Source: an uncultured Gammaproteobacteria bacterium (GTDB lineage Bacteria; Patescibacteriota; Microgenomatia; Levybacterales; UBA12049). From it: a DNA stretch of 64,000 nucleotides. A model generated the notes under the pieces. That model saw only the letters and a program-made list of their open reading frames with translations. It did no database searches and was not told the origin of the DNA. Numbering within the stretch: position 1 is the stretch's first letter; every line of letters starts with the position of its first letter. Where the stretch lies: the NCBI GenBank assembly GCA_964491185.1, contig CAZBFH010000001.1, positions 16,739-80,738 of the forward strand, written 5' to 3'. Positions 46,604 through 55,469 of this stretch are shown here, one piece after another. A program made the translations under genes and the position numbers.

Positions 46604-49096
46604 CTAAAGCTTTATGCGAGGCTTTAAAGTAACTGAATTTATTAAAATCTCAAACGGCCCGTCACCAAAGTCTAATGAGACATTTGTAAAATATTTTTTT
46701 AGATAATCACCACTTCCAGAATAAATTTCCCCTTCCGGTATTTCAGCATTTATTTTTTGATTTGCCAAACTAAATTTAAATGGAAAATATAAGTATTGAT
46801 AGTTCTGAACAGATCCTGTTTTATTCGTTTCCCACGTTAATTTTGCCCAAAAAGTATCAAGTCCGATTTTATGCAAATATTCTAGGTCTTGATGTCCATT
46901 CATAAAATCAAACATATTTACCATATCCTTGAATAATCTACTCCTATCACTATAAAGACCGACTATATCATTTGAAGAAGAATTGATAACTTCGAATTCA
47001 TCAATAGCTACAAAATCTCCTCCTGAAGTTGTATGAATCTCCATTTTTACGTATCTCGCAATAACAGGATCGAAGGAATCAATTTTTTCAAAAACAGTAG
47101 AATTTTTTACATCTATAACTTTTTTCCAATTCTTGTTGTCCCTAGAAACTGAAACTGAATATGTTGCAGGAATTCTCGTAGATTTCTCTAATGATCCCCA
47201 TGACACTGCAGAAATTTCCTTCTCCATTCCCAAATCCACCTGTATCCAAGGCACGAATGAGTCTGCAATCCACATGGATCTCTTACCCGGATTCCCATCA
47301 ATTAAATTTTTAGGCAAAACGTGAAAGAAGGGTTCTCCCTCTCTTTGAGACATTGTGTATGCTGTTTTTACTTTCACAGTTTTAAGATACTCATTTCTCT
47401 GAAGAGAGTAATTTGCTAATGCTCTAAACTTCTGGCTGTCTGGATTTCTTCCAATAACACTCAAAACCTCAAAAGCACTTAAATCCATATCCAAATTATA
47501 TGGCAAATCGACAACTGGACCCTGGAAATTAGAACTCTTGTAAACATTGTCAAATTTATTAATACTGATTTGATAATTTTTTTGGTTTAAGAGTAATTTT
47601 TTTGTTCTTTCAGTTTCATTAATTAATCCATTACTCAAACTGTGATCTAAAAAAACGACATCATTAATATTCACCTTGCCATTTTTTACTTTTGAAAGAA
47701 CCGCAATAAGCTGAGATTCAACTCTAAAAGGCTCATCTTCAAGATTTGAGTACTTTTTATCTTTAATCGTAAACCACTCCAAAAGATAATCTCCTAAAGC
47801 AGGAGCATGCGGATATAAATAAAAAGTAGTATTGTCAGAAAGTTTTGGAAAATATGAATTAAATTTTGTATAAAAACCTTTGGCTGGCTTGTAAAAATCT
47901 ACATACACTTCCCTTTCAATTTTCCATATTAAAATAAGATTAACAACCACAACTACTGCAACGAATAATTTTAATAGCTTTAAATTCGTAAAATAATTGA
48001 TTAAAATTATTCCCAAGAGAACACTGGTTCCTAAGAATGCAAAATACCTATAACGCATTGTGTTGTATTCATATGCTCGCGATAAAACCTCCGGAGTACT
48101 AGGAACAGCAAGTGAAACAAATACTGAGAACAGCCCTAACCAAATTAAGAAAAATAAAAATATTCTAAAATATGCTTTAGATTTTTTCAGTTTTAGCCAA
48201 ATCAATCCAAATAATCCAACGGTCATCCATCCAACAGCTGGAAAAAAGTATTTATTCATTGTTTCGTAATAAACAAACTTCGAACCTTGTTCCCTTAAAT
48301 AGTTCATAAGATCATATGGAATAATTTGCGGTGGAATTAGTTTTCCAATCGTGAGAAATGCAGCCTTAGCATACTCAAAATACAATCCATCACTCATAAA
48401 CCTCATTTGGAGCTTTACATTCCCATCAGCTGTATCTCCCGGAGTACCCCCATATAAGGATCTAATTAAAAAGAATCCCAGGATTATTAACGCGAATGGA
48501 ATTTGTCTTTTTACAATTCCCAAGATTTCTTTTTGTGAAAAAATATTTTTTGTAAAAATGACATCCATTGCAAAAATTAGAGGAATTAATACAATTCCTG
48601 TCTCTCTGACAAAAAATCCCAAAAAAGCTGAAAGAAGAGAAAGAACAAGCATTCTTTTATCATTTTTTTCTTTATATTTAAAAAATGCAGTTAAGCTTAT
48701 AAGTAAACAGATTAGGAGTAATGGATAATAAGAATTAAAGCTTCCCCAAGTGAGAACGTCGTTATAACAAGTGGTGACAGTGAAAATTAACGAGGAAATA
48801 AATGCAAGTTGTCTCTTTTTCGAAATCGTATATATAAATTTATAGAATAGAAGATAGGCAATTACTTGAACAATTAAAGCTGTTAAATACCATCCCCAAG
48901 GATTCCAACCAAATATTTTCCAGTCCAGAAAATATAAAAATCCATGACCTTTGATTAAATTTACTACCGTGTATGGAGCAATACCCGTTAACCACGTAGC
49001 TTCATACGCCTTAAAAAACCAAAAATTTAGTGTTGGGAACCAAGCTAGTACTCCAAGAAACGCAATAATTAAGTAATTCCTTTTATCTGGATTCAT
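46604..49096 (-). CDS. Polytopic membrane protein (GT-C-like) with C-terminal extracytoplasmic F5/8 type C (discoidin) carbohydrate-binding domain
   Basis: 830 aa. About 13 N-terminal TM helices. C-terminal NLIDGNPGKRSMWIADSFVPWIQVDLGMEKEISAVSWGS matches the discoidin signature (W..........WIQVDLG....I..V). Confidence 0.5.
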   Translation of the reverse strand: MNPDKRNYLIIAFLGVLAWFPTLNFWFFKAYEATWLTGIAPYTVVNLIKGHGFLYFLDWKIFGWNPWGWYLTALIVQVIAYLLFYKFIYTISKKRQLAFISSLIFTVTTCYNDVLTWGSFNSYYPLLLICLLISLTAFFKYKEKNDKRMLVLSLLSAFLGFFVRETGIVLIPLIFAMDVIFTKNIFSQKEILGIVKRQIPFALIILGFFLIRSLYGGTPGDTADGNVKLQMRFMSDGLYFEYAKAAFLTIGKLIPPQIIPYDLMNYLREQGSKFVYYETMNKYFFPAVGWMTVGLFGLIWLKLKKSKAYFRIFLFFLIWLGLFSVFVSLAVPSTPEVLSRAYEYNTMRYRYFAFLGTSVLLGIILINYFTNLKLLKLFVAVVVVVNLILIWKIEREVYVDFYKPAKGFYTKFNSYFPKLSDNTTFYLYPHAPALGDYLLEWFTIKDKKYSNLEDEPFRVESQLIAVLSKVKNGKVNINDVVFLDHSLSNGLINETERTKKLLLNQKNYQISINKFDNVYKSSNFQGPVVDLPYNLDMDLSAFEVLSVIGRNPDSQKFRALANYSLQRNEYLKTVKVKTAYTMSQREGEPFFHVLPKNLIDGNPGKRSMWIADSFVPWIQVDLGMEKEISAVSWGSLEKSTRIPATYSVSVSRDNKNWKKVIDVKNSTVFEKIDSFDPVIARYVKMEIHTTSGGDFVAIDEFEVINSSSNDIVGLYSDRSRLFKDMVNMFDFMNGHQDLEYLHKIGLDTFWAKLTWETNKTGSVQNYQYLYFPFKFSLANQKINAEIPEGEIYSGSGDYLKKYFTNVSLDFGDGPFEILINSVTLKPRIKL

Positions 49097-50123
49097 CTTT
49101 ATAATTTTCTAAATTCCCACTACTTAAAAAATAGTAATACTTAATATTAACTTTCCTCGTTAAAATATTTACAAAACTGTCATCATTTACTTTTCTGATA
49201 TTCTTTTGTACTTTCCCTCTTTCCTTTAACATTCTTGAAAAATTGAACATGTTCCAGAATATTGCTTTTTGAATTGCTACCGCATAACCTGGTTTTCCAA
49301 TCAACAGATAGAGAACGGTTGAAACTTCACAAATAATTAAATGCGGAATTAAAATTGAAATAATATTTTTTATTTCAAAATTTTTTAAATATGTGTAAAG
49401 TCTATTTTTAAAAGAATGGTATTGAATAAATGCGCTTGGAAGCTTCTCTGAGGTCTTTCCCCCTTTATGATAAATTATTGGCTTTGTGAGAATTTTAATC
49501 TTGTGGCCATTTAACCAAACTCTATGTGAGAAGTCAGTTTCTTCGAAATAAGCGAAATAGCTTTCGTCGAAAAGTCCAATTTCCTCAACTAGATTTCTCC
49601 TAACTAAAAAGCAGGCTCCATATGCTGTAAAGATTTCATATGACTCTTTATAATTTGAAGGTTTAAATGTTTTCCCGTAATCAAGGTGGTATAAGAATCC
49701 GCTTTTTAAGATAAAACTCCCAACTGAATTAATTTTTTCATGCATTGAAGTATTAGGTCTATGAAAAAGAATAGTCGGCTGAATAACAGCGAGACTTTTG
49801 TCTTTTTCTATAAACTCCACTAATTCATCAAGGAAATTTTTTGTGACAATCGTGTCATTGTTTAGAAATAATATATATTTTCCTCGACAATATTTAAGTC
49901 CAAAATTATTGCCACCAGCAAATCCTAAGTTTTTTTTAGATTTTATTATTTTGACCTTTGGATAATATTTTTCGGTAAATTCTACAGAATTATCTACTGA
50001 GCCGTTGTCCACCATTATGACCTCAAAATTCGAATAGGAAATTTTAAATAATGACTCAAAACAATCTTTCAAATGTTCCTTAGAATTCCAATTTACGATA
50101 AGAATTGATACTAATGGTTTCAT
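49083..50123 (-). CDS. GT2 glycosyltransferase
   Basis: 346 aa. VSILIVNWNSKEHLKDCFESL, IMVDNGSVDNS, D-x-D. Confidence 0.75.
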   Translation of the reverse strand: MKPLVSILIVNWNSKEHLKDCFESLFKISYSNFEVIMVDNGSVDNSVEFTEKYYPKVKIIKSKKNLGFAGGNNFGLKYCRGKYILFLNNDTIVTKNFLDELVEFIEKDKSLAVIQPTILFHRPNTSMHEKINSVGSFILKSGFLYHLDYGKTFKPSNYKESYEIFTAYGACFLVRRNLVEEIGLFDESYFAYFEETDFSHRVWLNGHKIKILTKPIIYHKGGKTSEKLPSAFIQYHSFKNRLYTYLKNFEIKNIISILIPHLIICEVSTVLYLLIGKPGYAVAIQKAIFWNMFNFSRMLKERGKVQKNIRKVNDDSFVNILTRKVNIKYYYFLSSGNLENYKDESR

Positions 50124-51268
50124 ATCAAATCTCCTTTTTTAAATGCATTGTCTAATGTTTTTTCAATATCGGTATCCTCTGACATTCTCAATGCATTTTC
50201 TCTAAGCGACATATAAAATTTTCTATCCAAAATAAGTTTTTCAATTGCTTGCGCTAGTTCTTTTTTGTCTTTTTTTATGTATATCCCTGCATTATTTGTT
50301 TTAATTTCTTCTGCTGTTCCAATATTTCCTGATATAACAACTGGAAGACCTAGAGCTAAATAGTCTCTCGCTTTCATCGAATCGCTGTAATAAGACCAAG
50401 GAGCATTATCAGTATAAATTGCAATTCCGATCCCTTGCGTAGCTAGAATCTCAAATACTTCTTTATGAGTTTTTAAACCCGCTAAAATTATATTTTTCGA
50501 AAGCTTTCTTAGCTCAATATCTTTTTTTAGATCATTCATTCCTTCACCCTGTCCGATAATAGTGAGTTTTAACTGGGGATGTTTTTTAACTAAAGTCTGC
50601 ATTGCATCAATAATTAATCCAAAATCAAGAGCTTTTGAAATTGTACCAATTGTAATTAGGTTTTGGGAATTTGGACTCTTACTAATTAGCTTTTTAATCT
50701 CTCTTACAGCGGGGGCATTGGGGACTAAGAATAAATTTTCTTTTTTCTTACCCTGAATTATCCGCAAATCAAAAATTCTGGATGAAACCACCCATGCCTG
50801 ATCTGATAATTTTAATGTGATTTTATCGATAAAATGATAAAGATTATTTAACACAGAATTACTAAACCTTTTAGGAGAGTAGTCAACCGTAAATGAAATA
50901 AGCTTATTCACTTTTCCAGTCTTCTTTAAAATTAACCCCCAAAGACTATTTAGAGGATCGATTCCAATGTAAGCCACCTTTTTACTCTCTATATATTTAT
51001 TCACAATTCTAATTGTCTGAATTCCTTCAATAACTCTATTCAATGGCTCAAAAAGACTTATATTGGAATCAATTTCAAACTCCTTAGATTTACCATCTTT
51101 TTTTAAATGAATTAATGTTTTGTCTCCTTTAAAAAGTGAGTGCCTAATGAAGAGATAATCCTCACCTTTTTTATCCAGATAAGAGACAATATTGTGTGCG
51201 GGTCCCGCTACGTCTTTTGTATCAGAGAGGACTGCATGAGTTACTACTATAAATTTATTTTTCATCAC
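50120..51268 (-). CDS. GT4-like glycosyltransferase (paralog of 36879-38033)
   Basis: 382 aa. See the alignment under 36879-38033. C-terminal GT-B domain ...GLPVVISGNIGTAEEI. Confidence 0.65.
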   Translation of the reverse strand: MMKNKFIVVTHAVLSDTKDVAGPAHNIVSYLDKKGEDYLFIRHSLFKGDKTLIHLKKDGKSKEFEIDSNISLFEPLNRVIEGIQTIRIVNKYIESKKVAYIGIDPLNSLWGLILKKTGKVNKLISFTVDYSPKRFSNSVLNNLYHFIDKITLKLSDQAWVVSSRIFDLRIIQGKKKENLFLVPNAPAVREIKKLISKSPNSQNLITIGTISKALDFGLIIDAMQTLVKKHPQLKLTIIGQGEGMNDLKKDIELRKLSKNIILAGLKTHKEVFEILATQGIGIAIYTDNAPWSYYSDSMKARDYLALGLPVVISGNIGTAEEIKTNNAGIYIKKDKKELAQAIEKLILDRKFYMSLRENALRMSEDTDIEKTLDNAFKKGDLI

Positions 51269-52139
51269 TCATTTTCTTTAGCCCTTCGATTATTTTAAGC
51301 GGCTTAATATTTAATTGTTTTTCAATTTTTAATGTGACAAAAGTTGTGTCCTTTGGCCTTGGGACAATATTTTTAAAAAAATCACTCGTTACTGAATTAA
51401 TAAGACTTGTGTCTAATCCAAAAACCTTCGCAGTCATTATGGCAAGATCGTATCTATTTATGGATTCTGCTCCACCCACATTATATGTCTCGTTAATCTT
51501 ATTCTTTTTTATAATTTCCCAAATTACATCTACTGCCTGACCTACATAGAGGTGGTTGTTGTACACATCATTTACTACATTAATTGTATTTTTTTTCTTA
51601 AGCTCTTCGATAACCCATCCAACAGGATTATTTCTTCCTCCTTTTGGCGCCCAGCCATACATTGTCATAAGCCTAATTATGGAATACTGCACTCCACTTT
51701 TTTTTATTATTTCTTCACCTTTCTCCTTAGTATATCCATAATAATCCAGTGGATGAATCTTCGAATCCTCAACATATGGAGGTTTTTTCCCATCAAAAAT
51801 TGCATTAGATGAAGTAAATATTACAAATGATCCGAACTCACTTGATGCATCAACAATATTTCTTGTCCCACCAACATTTATATTTTCCGCCTCATTCTTA
51901 TGAGTCTCACAATAGTCAACGTTCCCAATTGCAGCTGCATGCACAATATAATTTGGTTTTATTTTTCTTACTAAGTCAAACACCTCATCTCTATTTGAAA
52001 CATCAAGTGGATAGAAGTTTTTTTTCTTTAAATTACTATTTCTGTTAAATGTTCCAAAAAGTTCGAAGTCCTTATGAGAAGAGTCAAAAAAATATTTACC
52101 AAGAAGTCCTGTAGCTCCAGTAAATAAAACTTTTTTCAT
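51255..52139 (-). CDS. RmlD-fold NDP-sugar 4-reductase (CDP-abequose/paratose synthase-like)
   Basis: 294 aa. LFTGATGLLGKYF Rossmann motif. TSSNAIFDGKKPPYVEDSKIHPLDYYGYTKEKGE (YxxxK). Confidence 0.6.
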   Translation of the reverse strand: MKKVLFTGATGLLGKYFFDSSHKDFELFGTFNRNSNLKKKNFYPLDVSNRDEVFDLVRKIKPNYIVHAAAIGNVDYCETHKNEAENINVGGTRNIVDASSEFGSFVIFTSSNAIFDGKKPPYVEDSKIHPLDYYGYTKEKGEEIIKKSGVQYSIIRLMTMYGWAPKGGRNNPVGWVIEELKKKNTINVVNDVYNNHLYVGQAVDVIWEIIKKNKINETYNVGGAESINRYDLAIMTAKVFGLDTSLINSVTSDFFKNIVPRPKDTTFVTLKIEKQLNIKPLKIIEGLKKMSDEK

Positions 52140-53324
52140 TTATTTTTTACTCCTGAAGTATTTGTGGAATTTTTTAATCATATAATCTAATTCTTTTTGT
52201 GTTATTCCCATATGGCACCCTATGTAGAACGCATTACTATTAAGTTTTTTTGATACTGGGTACTTATATTCTATATCACCAAATAATTTTTTGTATACTG
52301 GTTGATTTACTAATGGTAGTAAGTATCTTGTCTCTACTAGATTCTTTTCTAAATAATTAACTAAGTCATTTCTGCTGTAGGGATCTTTAACAACAATCGG
52401 ATAGAACATGAAAGCGTGCTCAGTGTCTTTTCTTACTTTTGGTAGTTGTAAATATTCCTGTAAAGATTCCAGACCTTTTGATAAATATGCTGCATTTTTT
52501 TGTCTTTTTTTAATCATTTGCTTGTGTCTCTTTATCTGGCCGTAACCAATCGCTGCTTCAAGCTCAGTTGCTCTATATGAATAACCTATGTGTTCAAACG
52601 AAAATCTCTTGCTTACTATATTGAATAATTTTTTATTGTCTTTTACTTTATCATCGTCCATCGAAAGATATATACTATCTCTTCCATGATTAAATAGGCT
52701 TTTAATTAGAATCGCCAATTCAGGATCATTAGTTGTAGCAAATCCCCCTACTCCAGTTATTAAAATATGGGCAACGTAGGTTGAAAAACATGATACCTCA
52801 CCCCAGGAACCGGCAGGATTACCTTTATATTTTGCAAACATAGTCTCACATGAATCCTCCAGAATCTTAAGCCTATGTTTTTTAGCGATCTTTAGAATTG
52901 GATCCATATCGCAGGGATGCCCACCGATATGCACAGGAATGATAGCTCGAGTTTTTTTTGTTATAACTTTTTCAATTTTCGTAGGATCAATTTCAAAATA
53001 ATCAGGCTCCACATCTACAAACACAGGTTTTAATTTATTTTGAAGAATAATATTAACTGTAGCTACAAATGTTAGGGCAGGAACTATAACCTCGTCGTTA
53101 TCCTTCCAATTGTATTTGATTTTTAAAGCATGAAGTCCTGCTTGAAGAGCACTAGTTCCACTGTTACAGAACATTGCGAATTTCCTATCATGAGCTTTCC
53201 TAAATTCGTACTCGAACTTTTGATGATATTTTCCATATGACAGTCTTTCTTTAGTAAGGGCATCTAAGACATACTTTCTCTCAAGCTTTCCGATGGAGGC
53301 GTCTCCAACGCCAATTTGTCTCAT
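52140..53324 (-). CDS. DegT/DnrJ/EryC1-family PLP/PMP enzyme with His replacing the Schiff-base Lys: NDP-4-keto-6-deoxyhexose 3-dehydrase-like (E1/DdhC or ColD type)
   Basis: 394 aa. GEVSCFSTYVAHILITGVGGFATTND aligns with the family consensus GD.GCFSFH.TKN.TTGEGGAV.TND, with H at the lysine position. Confidence 0.55.
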   Translation of the reverse strand: MRQIGVGDASIGKLERKYVLDALTKERLSYGKYHQKFEYEFRKAHDRKFAMFCNSGTSALQAGLHALKIKYNWKDNDEVIVPALTFVATVNIILQNKLKPVFVDVEPDYFEIDPTKIEKVITKKTRAIIPVHIGGHPCDMDPILKIAKKHRLKILEDSCETMFAKYKGNPAGSWGEVSCFSTYVAHILITGVGGFATTNDPELAILIKSLFNHGRDSIYLSMDDDKVKDNKKLFNIVSKRFSFEHIGYSYRATELEAAIGYGQIKRHKQMIKKRQKNAAYLSKGLESLQEYLQLPKVRKDTEHAFMFYPIVVKDPYSRNDLVNYLEKNLVETRYLLPLVNQPVYKKLFGDIEYKYPVSKKLNSNAFYIGCHMGITQKELDYMIKKFHKYFRSKK

Positions 53325-53349
53325 AATCTTAGGAATTATAACATATGTC

Positions 53350-54360
53350 TTATTTTCTATTTAGCGATTTATTTACAACAGCCGCTCCATAAACTAATAG
53401 AAATGCAAAACAAACAAAAGGATGCAAAAACCATGCAATATCCCTGACTTTTAGATATCCCCTAACACTATCCATAAATGGCTTTATGAATGTTGCGGAA
53501 TAAATAACAAATTTAATAAGTCCTACGCGATCTGTCGAACTTACATATACCGCATATCTTCTTTTTTTCAAACTTTCAAAGTATTGTTTTTCCATTATTT
53601 TCCTGCGTCTTGCCATAAATCTTATAAACCAAAGTATTTTGGTTTTTTTGTAATGAATTATGTCATCCTTAACAAAGGCATACGTGTTATACCCCTTTTT
53701 GATTAAGTCATAATTTATATCAATATGGAAAAAATTCTCAGGTCCTTGAACAGTGTGTCTTAAGAGATCTCGTCTAATCATTGCGCCATTTGCCCCTAAT
53801 GTTGGAATTTTGGGTGGAGAAAACTTAACTAAAAAATATTTACCCATGTCTTGGCTTTCACCTAAAAGGTTATAGCTATCAAATGCCCAAGAAAGCCTTG
53901 CATCTTTTCCAAGATAGTATGGAACGGGATCAACTCCTCCAATTAATGCGAAGTATCTATCCAGGATATTATCATTTTTATTGTGATTAAAACGAAGAAC
54001 CTCAACTCCTGTTATCTCGCTGTTCTCAACTAGTGGCGCAACCATATTCTTAAGCCAATTTTTGTGCGGCAAGATATTATCGTGATCAATTAAAAGAATA
54101 ATTTCATTTTTTGCATGTGAAACAGCAACGCCTTTGTTGTACTCAGCTTCTTGTTTTTCCGGTGGAATTTTAAACAATTTATGAGGATAATTTTTTAAAA
54201 TCTCTAAAGTTTTGTCCTTGGATCCACCATCCGCAATTAATAACTCGATCTTTTCTTTGGGATAATCCTGAGAGAAAAGACTATCTAAAGAAAGCTTTAA
54301 GGAAAACTCAGAATTATATGTTGCCATTGCTACTGAAATGGATGGAAGTTTATTTATCAT
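53350..54360 (-). CDS. GT2 glycosyltransferase with C-terminal TM segment (paralog of 38033-39010)
   Basis: 336 aa. ISVAMATYNSEFSL..LLIADGGSKDKT. C-terminal RDIAWFLHPFVCFAFLLVYGAAVV. Confidence 0.72.
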   Translation of the reverse strand: MINKLPSISVAMATYNSEFSLKLSLDSLFSQDYPKEKIELLIADGGSKDKTLEILKNYPHKLFKIPPEKQEAEYNKGVAVSHAKNEIILLIDHDNILPHKNWLKNMVAPLVENSEITGVEVLRFNHNKNDNILDRYFALIGGVDPVPYYLGKDARLSWAFDSYNLLGESQDMGKYFLVKFSPPKIPTLGANGAMIRRDLLRHTVQGPENFFHIDINYDLIKKGYNTYAFVKDDIIHYKKTKILWFIRFMARRRKIMEKQYFESLKKRRYAVYVSSTDRVGLIKFVIYSATFIKPFMDSVRGYLKVRDIAWFLHPFVCFAFLLVYGAAVVNKSLNRK

Positions 54361-55469
54361 TGGTTTGCAAATTCTAAAAATTTATCAGTCGTATTTTCCC
54401 AAGTATGTTTTTTTCTCTCATCAATTGCTCCCTTTTGAAGTTTTAAGTACAAATCATCGCTAGTTAAAATTTTCTGGATGTTTTCAGAGAGATTTTCAGG
54501 GTTATTTTGACTACAAATTATTCCATTAATATTTTCCTTAACAATATCCCTAAGTCCAGGAACATTATAAACGACAGCTGGAGTCGCTCTAGCGCCCGCT
54601 TCGTGCACCGTAAGTCCCCATCCTTCTTTTACTGAGGGGGCGATCAATAAATGAGCTCTTGTTAAAAGTTCTTCCTTCTTTTCTTCACTCACAAAGTCTA
54701 AAAATTTAACATTTTCTAAAAGATCTAAATCCTTAACTAATTTTTTAAGCTCATTGACAAAATAATCTTCTCCGCGCCCTATTATCCAAAGTTTGATTTC
54801 TGGAATATTTTCTTTAATCAGTCCTACAGCCTTAATTGCATCTATTACTCCCTTTGTTCTAGAAAGCCGCGAAACAAAAATGATAGTTTTGTCTTTTTCT
54901 TTCCTAGGAAGTGCTGTTACCACATTTGAGTTTGATCCCATCGGAATAACTTTCACCTGTGATTTCGAAAATCCATTCTTTTCAATTTCTATTTTTGAAG
55001 ACTGCGAAATCGTAATAATAGGTATATTTTTATAAAAAATTGGGTAAATTTTTTCAATTATTTTTCCTAAAATATTGAAAGGGAATCCAACAGCAATATT
55101 CCAAAGATCTCCAGCTATTTCACAAATTAAGGCGACTTTTCTCTCCCGAACATAAAGAGTGGTAAAGAAAGGTATTCCATGCACTTCATCAATTACTAAA
55201 TCAACTTTCCCTTGAAAATCTTTTTTATAAAGCTTAAAGGCGAGGAAATGAACTGATTTAAAAAGTCTTCTCGCATCTGGATCACCAGTTCTAATTATCC
55301 TAACGCCATCTATCATCTCCTCTTCTTTTGCATCAGGAAACTTCGCGCTAATTTGCGTTACTGTATGTCCTTTCTTTACGAAACCAGCCGCCAACTCTTG
55401 TGTCAGTATTTCCGCTCCACCTGATAAAGGATTTTTAATATCTCTCCAGTTTAAAATTAATATTTTCAT
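54357..55469 (-). CDS. Glycosyltransferase family 4
   Basis: 370 aa. MKILILNWRDIKNPLSGGAEI N-terminus. C-terminal EGWGLTVHEAGARATPAVV. Confidence 0.8.
   Translation of the reverse strand: MKILILNWRDIKNPLSGGAEILTQELAAGFVKKGHTVTQISAKFPDAKEEEMIDGVRIIRTGDPDARRLFKSVHFLAFKLYKKDFQGKVDLVIDEVHGIPFFTTLYVRERKVALICEIAGDLWNIAVGFPFNILGKIIEKIYPIFYKNIPIITISQSSKIEIEKNGFSKSQVKVIPMGSNSNVVTALPRKEKDKTIIFVSRLSRTKGVIDAIKAVGLIKENIPEIKLWIIGRGEDYFVNELKKLVKDLDLLENVKFLDFVSEEKKEELLTRAHLLIAPSVKEGWGLTVHEAGARATPAVVYNVPGLRDIVKENINGIICSQNNPENLSENIQKILTSDDLYLKLQKGAIDERKKHTWENTTDKFLEFANQ

Noticed and set aside
46604-46630. Third copy of the TGCGAGGCT motif treated as an intergenic element
   Set aside because: It actually encodes the last residues (KPRIKL) and stop of the 830-aa gene, so it may be partly coincidental. 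Kept only as supporting evidence for the repeat family, not as a separate feature.
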